A DNA stretch of 64,000 nt, taken from Phycisphaeraceae bacterium (GTDB lineage Bacteria > Planctomycetota > Phycisphaerae > Phycisphaerales > Phycisphaeraceae). Location: NCBI GenBank assembly GCA_963674705.1, contig OY771506.1, positions 4,352,001 through 4,416,000 on the forward strand, written 5' to 3'. Below are positions 19,259 to 28,919 of the stretch, piece after piece. Numbering within the stretch: the first letter of the stretch is position 1; every line of letters begins with the position of its first letter. The notes under the pieces were generated by a model that saw only the letters and a program-made list of their open reading frames with translations, had not been told where the DNA came from and searched no databases. The position numbers and the translations under genes are program-made.

Positions 19259-19873
19259 TCAGTTCAGTAGTTGCTGGCGGAACCAGGCGTCGGGGAAACG
19301 GCTGGTCGCGGTGCTGGCACCGATCTGGGCGTAGACGTTGTTCTTGGGGATGTCGTAACGCTGCTGAAGCTGCTGGATCAGCCAGATGAGCTGGTTGAGT
19401 TGGGCTTCGGTGAACTGATCCTTATCGCCTTGGCCGATCAGGCAGATCCCGATGGCGTCGGGCCAGTTGGCGGTGTCGGCCTCGAAGAAGCTGCCTGGCG
19501 CCTGGCTGGTCCATCGGAAGCCGACCTCGATCTTGCCGTTGTCGTTACCGGGGCCGTTATCAATCACAAAGTGATAACCAAGGCCGCCCTTCCCTAGCTT
19601 CTGGTGGAGGCGATGCAGGGTCTGAGCCGAGCCTTGAGCGGTTCGGCTGTCATGCACCACGATGGAGGTCCAGCGGACTTCCGGGGCGGTGGTGTCAAAC
19701 AGCTTGTCCTGGGGTTGATCGTTGTCACGGCTACCCTGATCGATGGATTGCAGCGGCACGCCTGCACGCGGAGCGGAGGGGCCGGGCTCCAGCAACAGGA
19801 GTATCCCGCTGGTGACCGTCATCGCGGCCACAAGAGCACCCAACACCATCAACGTACGTCTATCCGGGACCAA
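19259..19873 (-). CDS. Membrane-anchored Amidase_2/PGRP-like protein, probably degenerate
   Basis: IVVHDS, GLGYHFVIDNG, IGICLIG; C-terminal Zn ligands not evident. Confidence 0.78.
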   Translation of the reverse strand: MVPDRRTLMVLGALVAAMTVTSGILLLLEPGPSAPRAGVPLQSIDQGSRDNDQPQDKLFDTTAPEVRWTSIVVHDSRTAQGSAQTLHRLHQKLGKGGLGYHFVIDNGPGNDNGKIEVGFRWTSQAPGSFFEADTANWPDAIGICLIGQGDKDQFTEAQLNQLIWLIQQLQQRYDIPKNNVYAQIGASTATSRFPDAWFRQQLLN

Positions 19874-20003
19874 GACAGTATCCCCATCTCTTGACGTGAA
19901 AACACGTCTGTCAATCTTAACTCTACAATCTTTTCGGTCGGTCGCCTAACTGTCTTTGAATTTCGGTGACATTTTGGCGTGATAACCGTTAAATTCGGCG
20001 TTT

Positions 20004-20222
20004 TCAGCGTTGGTCGAGGGGAGCAAGACGTTGACGCAAGGCCGGTCGCTCCTCTCCAAGAGCCGTGGTCTGGCGTGGAGGGCGATATTCACCCCGTAAG
20101 GACTGGTATCGCTCGTATTGGGTGCGTGTCGTTCCGTCAGTAAAAAGTGACTTCTGACACCCGCCGGCCATCACAACCGCTACGACCATCACAAGCCCGA
20201 TCCCCTGTCGCGTTTGCTTCAT
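20004..20222 (-). CDS. Small lipoprotein
   Basis: Basic N-terminus, hydrophobic stretch, AGGC lipobox. Confidence 0.7.
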   Translation of the reverse strand: MKQTRQGIGLVMVVAVVMAGGCQKSLFTDGTTRTQYERYQSLRGEYRPPRQTTALGEERPALRQRLAPLDQR

Positions 20223-20254
20223 GATTGGATTGTAGCTGTGAGGGGGAGGGAAGA

Positions 20255-20380
20255 CAAAAAAGCAGAAAATGGTAAAAGCAGGAAAGCAAAAAATCCGATC
20301 CAGCCGTCCGGCAACCTGACGCGATCCGGAGCGATTGCTCTATTTCCTGCTTTTCTGCTTTTCACATTTTCTGCTTTTCC
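20255..20380. repeat. Periodic inverted-repeat element (same class as 1089-1211)
   Basis: AAAAGCAGAAAATGGTAAAAGCAGGAAAGC ... TTTCCTGCTTTTCTGCTTTTCACATTTTCTGCTTTT. Confidence 0.85.
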
Positions 20381-21213
20381 AACACCCCCACCTGCCTCTT
20401 CGCGACCTTCAACGTCCTCCACCACAACCAAGTCAGTACAACCGCGAACACCAGGGCGTAAATGATCGGGAGGATGAAGGAGAATGAGCCACCTGGGACG
20501 ATGTTCAGGCGAACGAGCAGGAAGCCGGCGAAGCTGAACAAGGCCAAGCCGACTGCGGTGGCGATCCAGTATTGGGTCAGTTTCTTCCAGTCGCTTGATA
20601 ATGCTTCATCCGGGACGCGCTGGGCGAGCAGTTGCAGGTAGCGCCAGGTGGAAAGCAGGCCCAGGACGTAGACGGCATGGGCGGTGAGGAACAGGACATC
20701 GAACATGGGAAACTCGCTGTTGCCTCCACCGAAGGCGGATCGCCATCGCATGTTCCAGTTGCCGGCCAGGCGCTGGTCAGAATACGCGACATAGAACAGA
20801 GCGCCGAAGGTCATGATCGAAAGTACGATCGCGCCGGCGAGTGAGGTCCAGCGTGCAGCCATGCGGTAGCTGCGATCAAACGAAGGCTCGACGCGCTTGG
20901 GCTGGGCGGCGGTCAACAGCCAGATACCGACCCAGGAAATGACGACACCGAAGTAGACCACCGGGAAGGCGAAAAGAACCGAGTATCGCAGCAGCTTGGC
21001 CCCCCACTTCAAACGCTTGAGCCAGTCGGCCGGCGCGGTCGCGAGGCGATCCCCACGGGCGGAGATCAATACGGACATGCCACATTCAGGGCATGACGCA
21101 TCAAGCGCAAGCGTGCGGAGGTTGTAACCGCATTCAGCGCAGGGCAGGTCTTCGTTGACACGGTCGATGTCTACAGCAGCAGGTTCGATCATGGAAGATG
21201 GAGTAGAAGACAT
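20362..21213 (-). CDS. Zinc-ribbon membrane protein
   Basis: CAECGYNL...CPECG followed by several TM helices. Confidence 0.8.
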   Translation of the reverse strand: MSSTPSSMIEPAAVDIDRVNEDLPCAECGYNLRTLALDASCPECGMSVLISARGDRLATAPADWLKRLKWGAKLLRYSVLFAFPVVYFGVVISWVGIWLLTAAQPKRVEPSFDRSYRMAARWTSLAGAIVLSIMTFGALFYVAYSDQRLAGNWNMRWRSAFGGGNSEFPMFDVLFLTAHAVYVLGLLSTWRYLQLLAQRVPDEALSSDWKKLTQYWIATAVGLALFSFAGFLLVRLNIVPGGSFSFILPIIYALVFAVVLTWLWWRTLKVAKRQVGVLEKQKM

Positions 21214-21275
21214 GGTAATGATGATACGTTGAGGCGGGTGATTCTGTTCAACAGGTGAATAGTATCAGCAGAAGT

Positions 21276-21306
21276 AAAACCACCCCGATCAGATGACCGG
21301 GGTGGC
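21276..21306 (-). terminator. Intrinsic terminator of the PEP-CTERM pair
   Basis: CCACCCCG/CGGGGTGG hairpin followed by TTTT on the minus strand. Confidence 0.7.
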
Positions 21307-21336
21307 GTGGGTTATTCAGTTTTTCGGACGTCGCTT

Positions 21337-22059
21337 TCAGCGGCCCTTGCGGCTGAGTAGCGCCAGGCCACCGAGGCCCAACAGGCTCAACGAGGCCGGC
21401 TCAGGCACGGCTTCGAACAGGTAACCGGCAGCACGCTGCGAAACATATGTCGCGGCTGTGGATTCCTGAATCAGGGTGTAGGTGGTGTTGGCATCGAGCG
21501 TGACGGTGCCCAACGGGATCCACTCGCCACCGGTACCCGCATCCGGGATACCATCGCCTGTCACATCGCGCGGCGGCATGGCGGTGTTCTGATCCAGCAA
21601 AACACTCAGCAGGACGTTGACGCCGGTGGTCAGTGTGAATACTGACGGGCCGCCGGACATGTTGTTGCTGTGCGGCCAGGTGGCGTAGATGTTGTATTCA
21701 CCCGTAGCACCGGCAACCAAGGAGCTGCCGACTGTGCCGTACTGGTTGAGCACCAGGCCGGCGGTCGGGTTGGTCAGTTCATTGTCGCCATCCACCGCGG
21801 GCGTATAGGTGACGGTGTATGTGTCAACATTGGAACCATTACCACCAAAGATGCTGTCGCCGCCGGTTAAACCGACCGCGGTGCTGAGCGCACTCTGGCT
21901 GGCGCTGGTCGTGTCACCACCGAAGGCGAAGTTCGGGTGGTAAGTCAAGACACCATCATCAGCGCCATCTGTGTCGATCTCCAGCACATAGCTGGCCCGG
22001 GCGGTTGTAGCCATCATGAGGGCGGCTGCACACCCGATTCCCATCATTGTTTTAAACAT
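21337..22059 (-). CDS. PEP-CTERM sorting domain protein
   Basis: Signal peptide; VPEPASLSLLGLGGLALLSRKGR. Confidence 0.92.
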   Translation of the reverse strand: MFKTMMGIGCAAALMMATTARASYVLEIDTDGADDGVLTYHPNFAFGGDTTSASQSALSTAVGLTGGDSIFGGNGSNVDTYTVTYTPAVDGDNELTNPTAGLVLNQYGTVGSSLVAGATGEYNIYATWPHSNNMSGGPSVFTLTTGVNVLLSVLLDQNTAMPPRDVTGDGIPDAGTGGEWIPLGTVTLDANTTYTLIQESTAATYVSQRAAGYLFEAVPEPASLSLLGLGGLALLSRKGR

Positions 22060-22115
22060 GCATTTCTCCTTTCCGTTTCGTAACAGTAGTCAAAGCACAA
22101 GGCATCGAAGTGTTA

Positions 22116-22850
22116 TTAACGACGGCGCAGCATTGCCAGACCACCGAGGCCTAGAAGAGCAAGGCTGGCGGGTTCGGGGATGACTTCCAGCTTGACGTTG
22201 TCGAAGTTCGCGCCACCGCCGGCGGAGCTGAGGCCCAGGCCGAGACGGACGGTATCGATCGGATAGCTTACGTTGAAGTCAGCAGCGAGCACCGCGGTGG
22301 CGTTGATGTAGCCGTCACCGTTCAGGTCGAGTGTGAAGGTGGCGGTGGCGCCGTCGAGGACGACCTGGTAGGTGTGCCAGCCGACGACCGGTGCATTGGA
22401 AATCGGGTCGCCGTTGTCATCGACGATGTTGTCAAAGGCAACCCAACTCGGGCCGGGCAGCACGGCGCGGACCGCGTAGTGCGAGGGTGCGTTGTACATA
22501 CCCATTTCGAATAGGTTGGCCACACTGGAACTGCGCAGGCCGGCGGTGATGCGCTTGTTGGCACTGACGCCGTCGTCGTAGATGTCGACGGTGTAGACCA
22601 CGGGGTTGGCAGCGGTCGGGGTCAGGCCGGCGATGGTCTGCTGATTCTGAGCGCCACCGGGGAAGTAAAGCGACTGCCCGGGATTACCCAGCACGGTGTC
22701 GAGTGTACCGGCGCCGGTACCCCAGACAACCTGCATTGCGGCCGTGTCTGCATAGCTTTCGAAGTCATCTTCGACGATGACCGAAGCCTGAGCGGATACG
22801 GCAAACGCCATCGCTGCAACGCATCCGAGCCCAATAAACGATTTAACCAT
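22116..22850 (-). CDS. PEP-CTERM sorting domain protein (beta-sandwich/ConA-like)
   Basis: Signal peptide; DDFESY, GWHTY, FDNV; IPEPASLALLGLGGLAMLRRR. Confidence 0.92.
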   Translation of the reverse strand: MVKSFIGLGCVAAMAFAVSAQASVIVEDDFESYADTAAMQVVWGTGAGTLDTVLGNPGQSLYFPGGAQNQQTIAGLTPTAANPVVYTVDIYDDGVSANKRITAGLRSSSVANLFEMGMYNAPSHYAVRAVLPGPSWVAFDNIVDDNGDPISNAPVVGWHTYQVVLDGATATFTLDLNGDGYINATAVLAADFNVSYPIDTVRLGLGLSSAGGGANFDNVKLEVIPEPASLALLGLGGLAMLRRR

Positions 22851-23317
22851 CACTCTCCTCCTTAGCAAAATAAGATGTGTTTACAACAGTAATATTCAAC
22901 CCCACATGACTTGATGTGGAATGACCCATTTGAATGCAGCATCGGGGGCTTTCTCCTCTCCCGATGATATGACCACTATATTATATAACCACAAGGCGTA
23001 TGTCTTACAAGTATTTCATTGCAGAATCTGGTCAAATTAATGAGATTTCATGGGATTAAGAGTATAAGAACGCCAGATTGACCGGATGTGGCGCGATTTT
23101 GAGGTCGGGATTGCAGTTTACCCAGATTAACAGGCTGGACCAGGCAATTCCGATTATTTCGCGTCGGTGTCGCTAAAAAAAGTACGAAAATTCTATAATT
23201 CCCCCTCCACCTGGCAGATTTGTCGTGGTACCCTTTTATCGAGCACTGTTTGGGGGTTAACAGACAATCTAAACGTTCGAGCCGACTGAATATCAGTTCA
23301 CACCGGAGGCCCAAACA

Positions 23318-24925
23318 ATGCGGTTCGTCAGGATAGCTGTGAAGTTAGATCAGGTTCGCCAACTTACACGTGTTACATCCGTTAGTGGTCTGGCCTGGCT
23401 GATGGGACTGGCAATTGCCACATCTGCCGTCCACGCGGCATTCCAGCAGTACGAGACGATCAACGTCGTCGGTATCGGGGAGGTGGCGACCGAGACAGAC
23501 TATGTGCCAAACGTGGTCTACCGGGAAAACGGGGCCGCCAGCTACGAAGCCCTCAAAGCCCAGGCTGTCGCTGCCAGAACGTATGCGTATTACAAGATCC
23601 GACTGTACGGCACGATCTACAACGGCACACAGGACCAGGTCTACGGCACCGGGTACGGCGCCAGTCCACAACACTACGCCGCCGCAGCCGACACCGAGGG
23701 CGAAATCCTGACGATCCGCAACTACAACGACCTGGACGTGCTGATCGCCGCGTTTTATGTGGCCGGCGCGATCCCGACCGGGCCGACACCTGAACCTTAC
23801 CCGTGGGATAACGATTACTCCGGCACCGAACATTATGTCACGCACACCTACCCCACCGGCGTAACCGGTGGCTACAACTATGGCACGACCCTGGGCTTTC
23901 AAGGCACCGTGTCCAACCCGAACTGGCCTAACCGCGGATGCAAGAGTCAGAACGGCGCGAACTGGATGGGTCAGCATGGGTACAGCTACGTCGACATCCT
24001 GAAGTACTACTACGGCGCTGACATCCAACTTGAAACCGTCGCAACGACTGCCGGGCAAGCGCCTCTGCAGAACCTCAAAACACTGACCGACTTCGAGCTG
24101 AATAACGGCTACTTCGGCAACGCAGCCGACTTCTCAAACTACAACCTGAATCTCGGCGCGGGCACCAGTTCGCAGCGCGACAGCAGCGAAGCGTACGACG
24201 GTTCATACAGCCAGCGGATCGATATCGATCTGGACGAGGCCTCGGGCAGTGAGTTTCTTTTCCATCATGTCGCCGGAACGGAATACGCCGGCGTGAACAA
24301 CATGTTTACCGGCCAGCGCGAAGCGAACCTCGCCCTGCAAACAGTGGGTTCGATCGGCTTCTGGCTGATGACCGAATCGCCCGATCTGACCGTGGCATTG
24401 AACCTGGATGATGATTACGACGGCACGGAGCAGAGCACGTTCGTGGATGTGATCGCGGACGGGCAGTGGCATAGGTATGAGTGGTCGCTGGAAGATGCGT
24501 CGCTGTGGTCGTCGGCCGCGTATGACAGCGGTGACGGCGTACTCGGCGATTCGATTTCGCTGGACTCGATCCTGTTTGCCGGCAACGCGGACAGCATCGT
24601 TTACCTGGATGAGATTTTCTATCGGCCGCCGAGTGATGGCATACCGGACCCGATCCCGGGCGATATCGATGGCGATGGTTTCGTTGGCCTGAGCGACCTT
24701 GATATTCTGCTGAGCTTCTGGAACCAGAACGTGCCCAAGGGCGACATCTCCAAGGGCGATCTGGCGGGCATCGGCGACGGGTATGTCGGGTTGAGCGACC
24801 TGAACGTGATCCTCAATAACTGGAACGCAAGCACACCACCGGCAGATGGTACAACAGCGGTGCCGGAGCCTGGCACGGTGTTGATGCTTGGCGTACTGGG
24901 ACTGATTTCATTCCGTCGCGTCTGA
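23318..24925 (+). CDS. SpoIID/LytB domain + CBM-like + dockerin-like + PEP-CTERM protein
   Basis: YVPNVVYRE, EALKAQAVAARTYA, DQVY, SQNGA, ILKYYY; GDIDGDGFVGLSDL repeat; VPEPG. Confidence 0.85.
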   Translation: MRFVRIAVKLDQVRQLTRVTSVSGLAWLMGLAIATSAVHAAFQQYETINVVGIGEVATETDYVPNVVYRENGAASYEALKAQAVAARTYAYYKIRLYGTIYNGTQDQVYGTGYGASPQHYAAAADTEGEILTIRNYNDLDVLIAAFYVAGAIPTGPTPEPYPWDNDYSGTEHYVTHTYPTGVTGGYNYGTTLGFQGTVSNPNWPNRGCKSQNGANWMGQHGYSYVDILKYYYGADIQLETVATTAGQAPLQNLKTLTDFELNNGYFGNAADFSNYNLNLGAGTSSQRDSSEAYDGSYSQRIDIDLDEASGSEFLFHHVAGTEYAGVNNMFTGQREANLALQTVGSIGFWLMTESPDLTVALNLDDDYDGTEQSTFVDVIADGQWHRYEWSLEDASLWSSAAYDSGDGVLGDSISLDSILFAGNADSIVYLDEIFYRPPSDGIPDPIPGDIDGDGFVGLSDLDILLSFWNQNVPKGDISKGDLAGIGDGYVGLSDLNVILNNWNASTPPADGTTAVPEPGTVLMLGVLGLISFRRV

Positions 24926-24995
24926 CTGGTAGACTCTTCTGCATCAGGTACGTTGAACTTTCCACGTAAAGACCGGCGGTCAGGCCGGTAGATAA

Positions 24996-25367
24996 ATGCA
25001 TCGCGCCATATCAAAGCGTTCTCGCCACGAACTGAAGCGTTTAATCGAGAACGGCGTTTGCGAGATCAGTCAACTAACCGGATCGGGGCTTTGGTTTGTC
25101 GTTGATGAATTGGAAGTTGCTGGCAGCCCCCCTTCTAAGATTATGGTCTGGGCCACATTATGGTTTGGTGTCGAAGGCTCTCCCTACTGCTGTTCTGAAC
25201 CCGGGTGTCATCTTGGATCCGTTTTATTCAGTAATAAACTGGACGATTGGATCGGCAGGCAGATGGGCTTGAAACAGCCTGTCAGGGTGGACTTTGGTGA
25301 TCGGATCGCGGCACGTCAATTTAATGGTACTCGGTTTAAGCCCCCGTATAGCAGCCTTGAGGGATAG
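24996..25367 (+). CDS. Hypothetical protein
   Basis: 123-aa ORF filling the gap; Cys/His cluster YCCSEPGCH; no recognised family. Confidence 0.5.
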   Translation: MHRAISKRSRHELKRLIENGVCEISQLTGSGLWFVVDELEVAGSPPSKIMVWATLWFGVEGSPYCCSEPGCHLGSVLFSNKLDDWIGRQMGLKQPVRVDFGDRIAARQFNGTRFKPPYSSLEG

Positions 25368-25466
25368 AAACAGCGATTGGACGCGAGGGGCCAAATAAAT
25401 TATATAATAGTTTTGTGTAAGATCGTTTTTCATCCATCCAATCCACCATTTACATGGGCAAGAAGC

Positions 25467-26996
25467 ATGAATCTAAACCAGATCCAAAAAGCGGTTTTCA
25501 GCCTCCTGATTGCCATGACTTTATTGTTGATACCAGCATGTTCCAGCACCCCCCTGGCCAAGAAGGCGGACAAGGGTGTTCCGGATGTGCCGCGGGAGTA
25601 TCGTTCGGTCTGGGTAGCGACGGTGGCGAACATCGACTGGCCGAGCAAGCCGGGGCTTTCGGTTGAAGATCAGCAGGCGGAGATGATCGCCCTGCTGGAT
25701 AAGTGCGTGGAGTTGAACTTCAACTCGGTAATCCTCCAGGTCAGGCCGGCGGGCGATGCGCTGTATGACAGCAAGCTTGAGCCGTGGTCGTACTACCTGA
25801 CCGGCGAGATGGGCAAAGCGCCCGAGCCTTACTACGACCCGCTGACGTTTGCGGTCGAAGAAGCGCACAAGCGCGGGCTGGAACTGCACGCGTGGTTCAA
25901 CCCGTATCGCGCCCTGCTGCTGGATACGAAGGGCGAGGTTTCGGATAACCACCTGAGCAAGACACATCCCGAGGTCGTACACAAGTATGGCAAGTATCTC
26001 TGGATGGACCCATCCGAACCGGTCGTGCAGCAGCATTCGCTGAACGTGATCCTCGACGTCGTGAAGCGCTACGACATTGATGGCATCCATATGGATGACT
26101 ACTTCTATCCGTACCCGGTCAACGATGACAACGGCAAGCGTGTGCCCTTCCCGGATGACCGTAGCTGGAAGGCGTACAAGGATGCGGGCGGGAAGCTGAG
26201 CCGGGACGACTGGCGTCGGCAGAGCGTCAACGAATTCATCGAAAAAATGTACAAGGAGACGAAGAAGCTCAAGCCGCACGTGCAGGTCGGGCTCTCGCCG
26301 TTCGGTATCTGTCGGCCGGGCAATCCGTCTTACATCAAGGGGTTCGATCAGTACGAAAGCATGTACGCCGACACATTGCTGTGGCTTCAGAAGGGCTGGG
26401 TGGACTACTTCACGCCGCAGCTTTACTGGGAGATCGCGAAGCCCGATCAGAGCTTTACGGGTTTGTTGGGCTGGTGGACCGAGCAGAACAAGAAGAAGCG
26501 TCACATCTGGCCGGGCGTGGCGACGTACCGCACGGGTAAGCAGATCGACGACAACGAGATCCAGTACCAGATCCAGTGGACGCGCATCATCACGCCCAAG
26601 AGCCCGGGCACGGTTCACTTCTCGATGAAGTGGTACATGAATGAAGACTTCGTGGTGAACAAGCAGTTGAAGGAATCGATCTACGCCAATCAAGCCCTGC
26701 CGCCGGCGTCGCCGTGGTTGGGTAAGAAGAAGCCAGTAGCACTCAATGCGTGGATTACCGAAGTCGCCGATGGCCAAGTCGCCGTGAAAGCCGAACCGAA
26801 GATGCTGGTCGGCGTCGGCTGGTGGATTGTACAGGTCAAGCAAGGTGGCAAATGGACGACGCAGATCGTACCCGCAGCAAGTTCCGAGACAACGATCAAA
26901 CTTGCCAATACCGATGAGAAGATCGACCGCGTGGTGGTGTCACAGGTCAGCCGAACCGGCATTCAGAGCAAGCACACCGAGCTTGAGCTGCCGTGA
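25467..26996 (+). CDS. GHL10 (YddW/DigH-like) glycosyl hydrolase lipoprotein 1
   Basis: Lipobox IPAC; WVATVANIDWPS, HAWFNPYR, DGIHMDDYFYPY, PQLYW. Confidence 0.9.
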   Translation: MNLNQIQKAVFSLLIAMTLLLIPACSSTPLAKKADKGVPDVPREYRSVWVATVANIDWPSKPGLSVEDQQAEMIALLDKCVELNFNSVILQVRPAGDALYDSKLEPWSYYLTGEMGKAPEPYYDPLTFAVEEAHKRGLELHAWFNPYRALLLDTKGEVSDNHLSKTHPEVVHKYGKYLWMDPSEPVVQQHSLNVILDVVKRYDIDGIHMDDYFYPYPVNDDNGKRVPFPDDRSWKAYKDAGGKLSRDDWRRQSVNEFIEKMYKETKKLKPHVQVGLSPFGICRPGNPSYIKGFDQYESMYADTLLWLQKGWVDYFTPQLYWEIAKPDQSFTGLLGWWTEQNKKKRHIWPGVATYRTGKQIDDNEIQYQIQWTRIITPKSPGTVHFSMKWYMNEDFVVNKQLKESIYANQALPPASPWLGKKKPVALNAWITEVADGQVAVKAEPKMLVGVGWWIVQVKQGGKWTTQIVPAASSETTIKLANTDEKIDRVVVSQVSRTGIQSKHTELELP

Positions 26997-27030
26997 CTTA
27001 TGGTTGATATCTGAATATGGATTTTCTGTA

Positions 27031-27058
27031 CCCCCGTCGGGAGACGGGGGTTTTTTGT
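27031..27058 (+). terminator. Intrinsic terminator
   Basis: CCCCCGTC-GGGA-GACGGGGG plus T6. Confidence 0.9.
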
Positions 27059-27290
27059 TGGTATGTGGGGGCATCAAAAAACAATCCGACCGGGATGAAA
27101 GGAACCCGACCGGGATGGCCGGGCTATAAGCGGGCCGGGCGTGTCAGGCGAATCATATTTTCCACGATTGTGGATAAATAAGTACGATTGATCTTCTGAT
27201 ACTGATATTTATATAATTATCCTGCTGGGGTCATGTAACTTCTTTTTCACGTTCTGTGCAATTCGTTCACTTAAAACTTGGGGTCACATC

Positions 27291-28817
27291 ATGTTAGAAC
27301 GCTTTACGCTTGCAGTTTTTACAGCTTGTTTACTGCTCTTGCTGAGTGCGTGTTCAACCTCCCAACTTGGCGTGAACAGGGGGAAACAGGTTCAGGCAGT
27401 GCCGGAGGTACCGCGTGAATTTCGCGGGATCTGGGTCGCGACGGTGGCAAACATCGACTGGCCCAGCAAGCCGGGGCTTTCGACACAGCAGCAGAAAGAT
27501 GAGTTGATCGCCCTACTGGATAAGTGTGTCGAGTTGAAGTTCAACGCGGTGATCTTTCAGGTCCGGACCGCCGCGGACGCGTTGTATCAGAGTGATATCG
27601 AGCCGTGGTCGCCCTACCTGACGGGCAAGATGGGCCAAGCGCCGGAGCCGTTCTACGATCCGCTCGCGTTTGCGATCGAGGAGGCGCATAAACGAGGACT
27701 TGAGCTGCACGCGTGGTTCAATCCCTACCGCGCATTATTCAGCAGCAACGGAGACAACGTTTCAGCAGACCACATCAGCCAGACCAATCCGGATGATGTT
27801 GTGACGTATGGACCTTACCTATGGATGGTTCCGACATCTGAGTTCGTGCAGCAGCGTGCTATTGATGTGATGGTCGACGTTGCCAGGCGATACGATGTCG
27901 ACGGTATTCACATTGACGACTACTTCTATCCCTACCGTGAGCAGGATGAACAGGGTAATGAAGTTCCGTTCCCCGATGACCTGAGTTGGAAGGCATACAA
28001 GGATTCCGGCGGCAAACTGGGCCAGAGCGACTGGCGTCGCAAAGCCGTGGACGACTTTGTTGAACGGCTGTACAAGCAAGTGAAGCAGGTCAAGCCGCAC
28101 GCGATGGTCGGCGTCTCCCCGATCGGCATATGGAAGCCGGGGCATCCGGAGCAGATCCGCGGCATCAATCAGTACGAGAGCATTTATGCCGACGCCAAAA
28201 AGTGGCTGAACAAGGGCTGGGCGGATTACTTCGTGCCACAGATCTACTGGCAGATTGCGAATCCCGACCAGAGTTTCCCGGTCCTGCTCAGCTGGTGGGA
28301 GCAGGAGAACAAGAAGCACCGCCATGTCTGGCCCGGCCTGGCGGGTCACTTCCTGGAAAGCCGGTTTGCCGAAACCGAGCTGATGTACCAGGTCCGCTGG
28401 TCGAGAATTATTTTGAAGGACGATCCGGGTGTGATCTACTTCTCGATGCAGTGGTTCATGAAGCCGGATTACATCTTGAACAAACAGTTAAAAGAAACAC
28501 TATATGCCGAGCCTGCTTTGCCCCCCGCGTCGCCGTGGCTGGACAAAAAGAAACCTGATCCAATCGCTGCGAAGGTCACGAAGATCGAGGACGGCAAAGT
28601 GATCGTAAAAGCGGATGCCGGGACACTGGTCGATGTCGGCTGGTGGGTCGTGCAGATCGAGCAGGATGGCAAGTGGACGTATGACATCAAACCTGTGGCG
28701 AAGAAGACGGCGAAGATCAAACTAGCCGACGCTGAGAAGAAGGTGGATCGCGTGGTGGTATCACAAGTCAGCAGAACAGGCATTCAGAGCAAGTACACAG
28801 AGCTTGAGCTGCCGTGA
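27291..28817 (+). CDS. GHL10 (YddW/DigH-like) glycosyl hydrolase lipoprotein 2
   Basis: Lipobox LSAC; same motifs as copy 1; tandem paralog. Confidence 0.9.
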   Translation: MLERFTLAVFTACLLLLLSACSTSQLGVNRGKQVQAVPEVPREFRGIWVATVANIDWPSKPGLSTQQQKDELIALLDKCVELKFNAVIFQVRTAADALYQSDIEPWSPYLTGKMGQAPEPFYDPLAFAIEEAHKRGLELHAWFNPYRALFSSNGDNVSADHISQTNPDDVVTYGPYLWMVPTSEFVQQRAIDVMVDVARRYDVDGIHIDDYFYPYREQDEQGNEVPFPDDLSWKAYKDSGGKLGQSDWRRKAVDDFVERLYKQVKQVKPHAMVGVSPIGIWKPGHPEQIRGINQYESIYADAKKWLNKGWADYFVPQIYWQIANPDQSFPVLLSWWEQENKKHRHVWPGLAGHFLESRFAETELMYQVRWSRIILKDDPGVIYFSMQWFMKPDYILNKQLKETLYAEPALPPASPWLDKKKPDPIAAKVTKIEDGKVIVKADAGTLVDVGWWVVQIEQDGKWTYDIKPVAKKTAKIKLADAEKKVDRVVVSQVSRTGIQSKYTELELP

Positions 28818-28852
28818 CTGATGGTTGACATCTGAGTATGGATTATCTCTAG

Positions 28853-28880
28853 CCCCCGTCGGGAGACGGGGGTTTTTTGT
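28853..28880 (+). terminator. Intrinsic terminator
   Basis: Same hairpin as 27031-27058. Confidence 0.9.
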
Positions 28881-28919
28881 GTACCAGGGCACAGCCGGTG
28901 AACCGGCCTCGCCTGTGGG

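Noticed and set aside
25521..26843. 440-aa minus-strand ORF (likewise 47441..48460, 30868..31605, 9865..10590)
   Set aside because: Antisense shadows of well-supported genes; no motifs.
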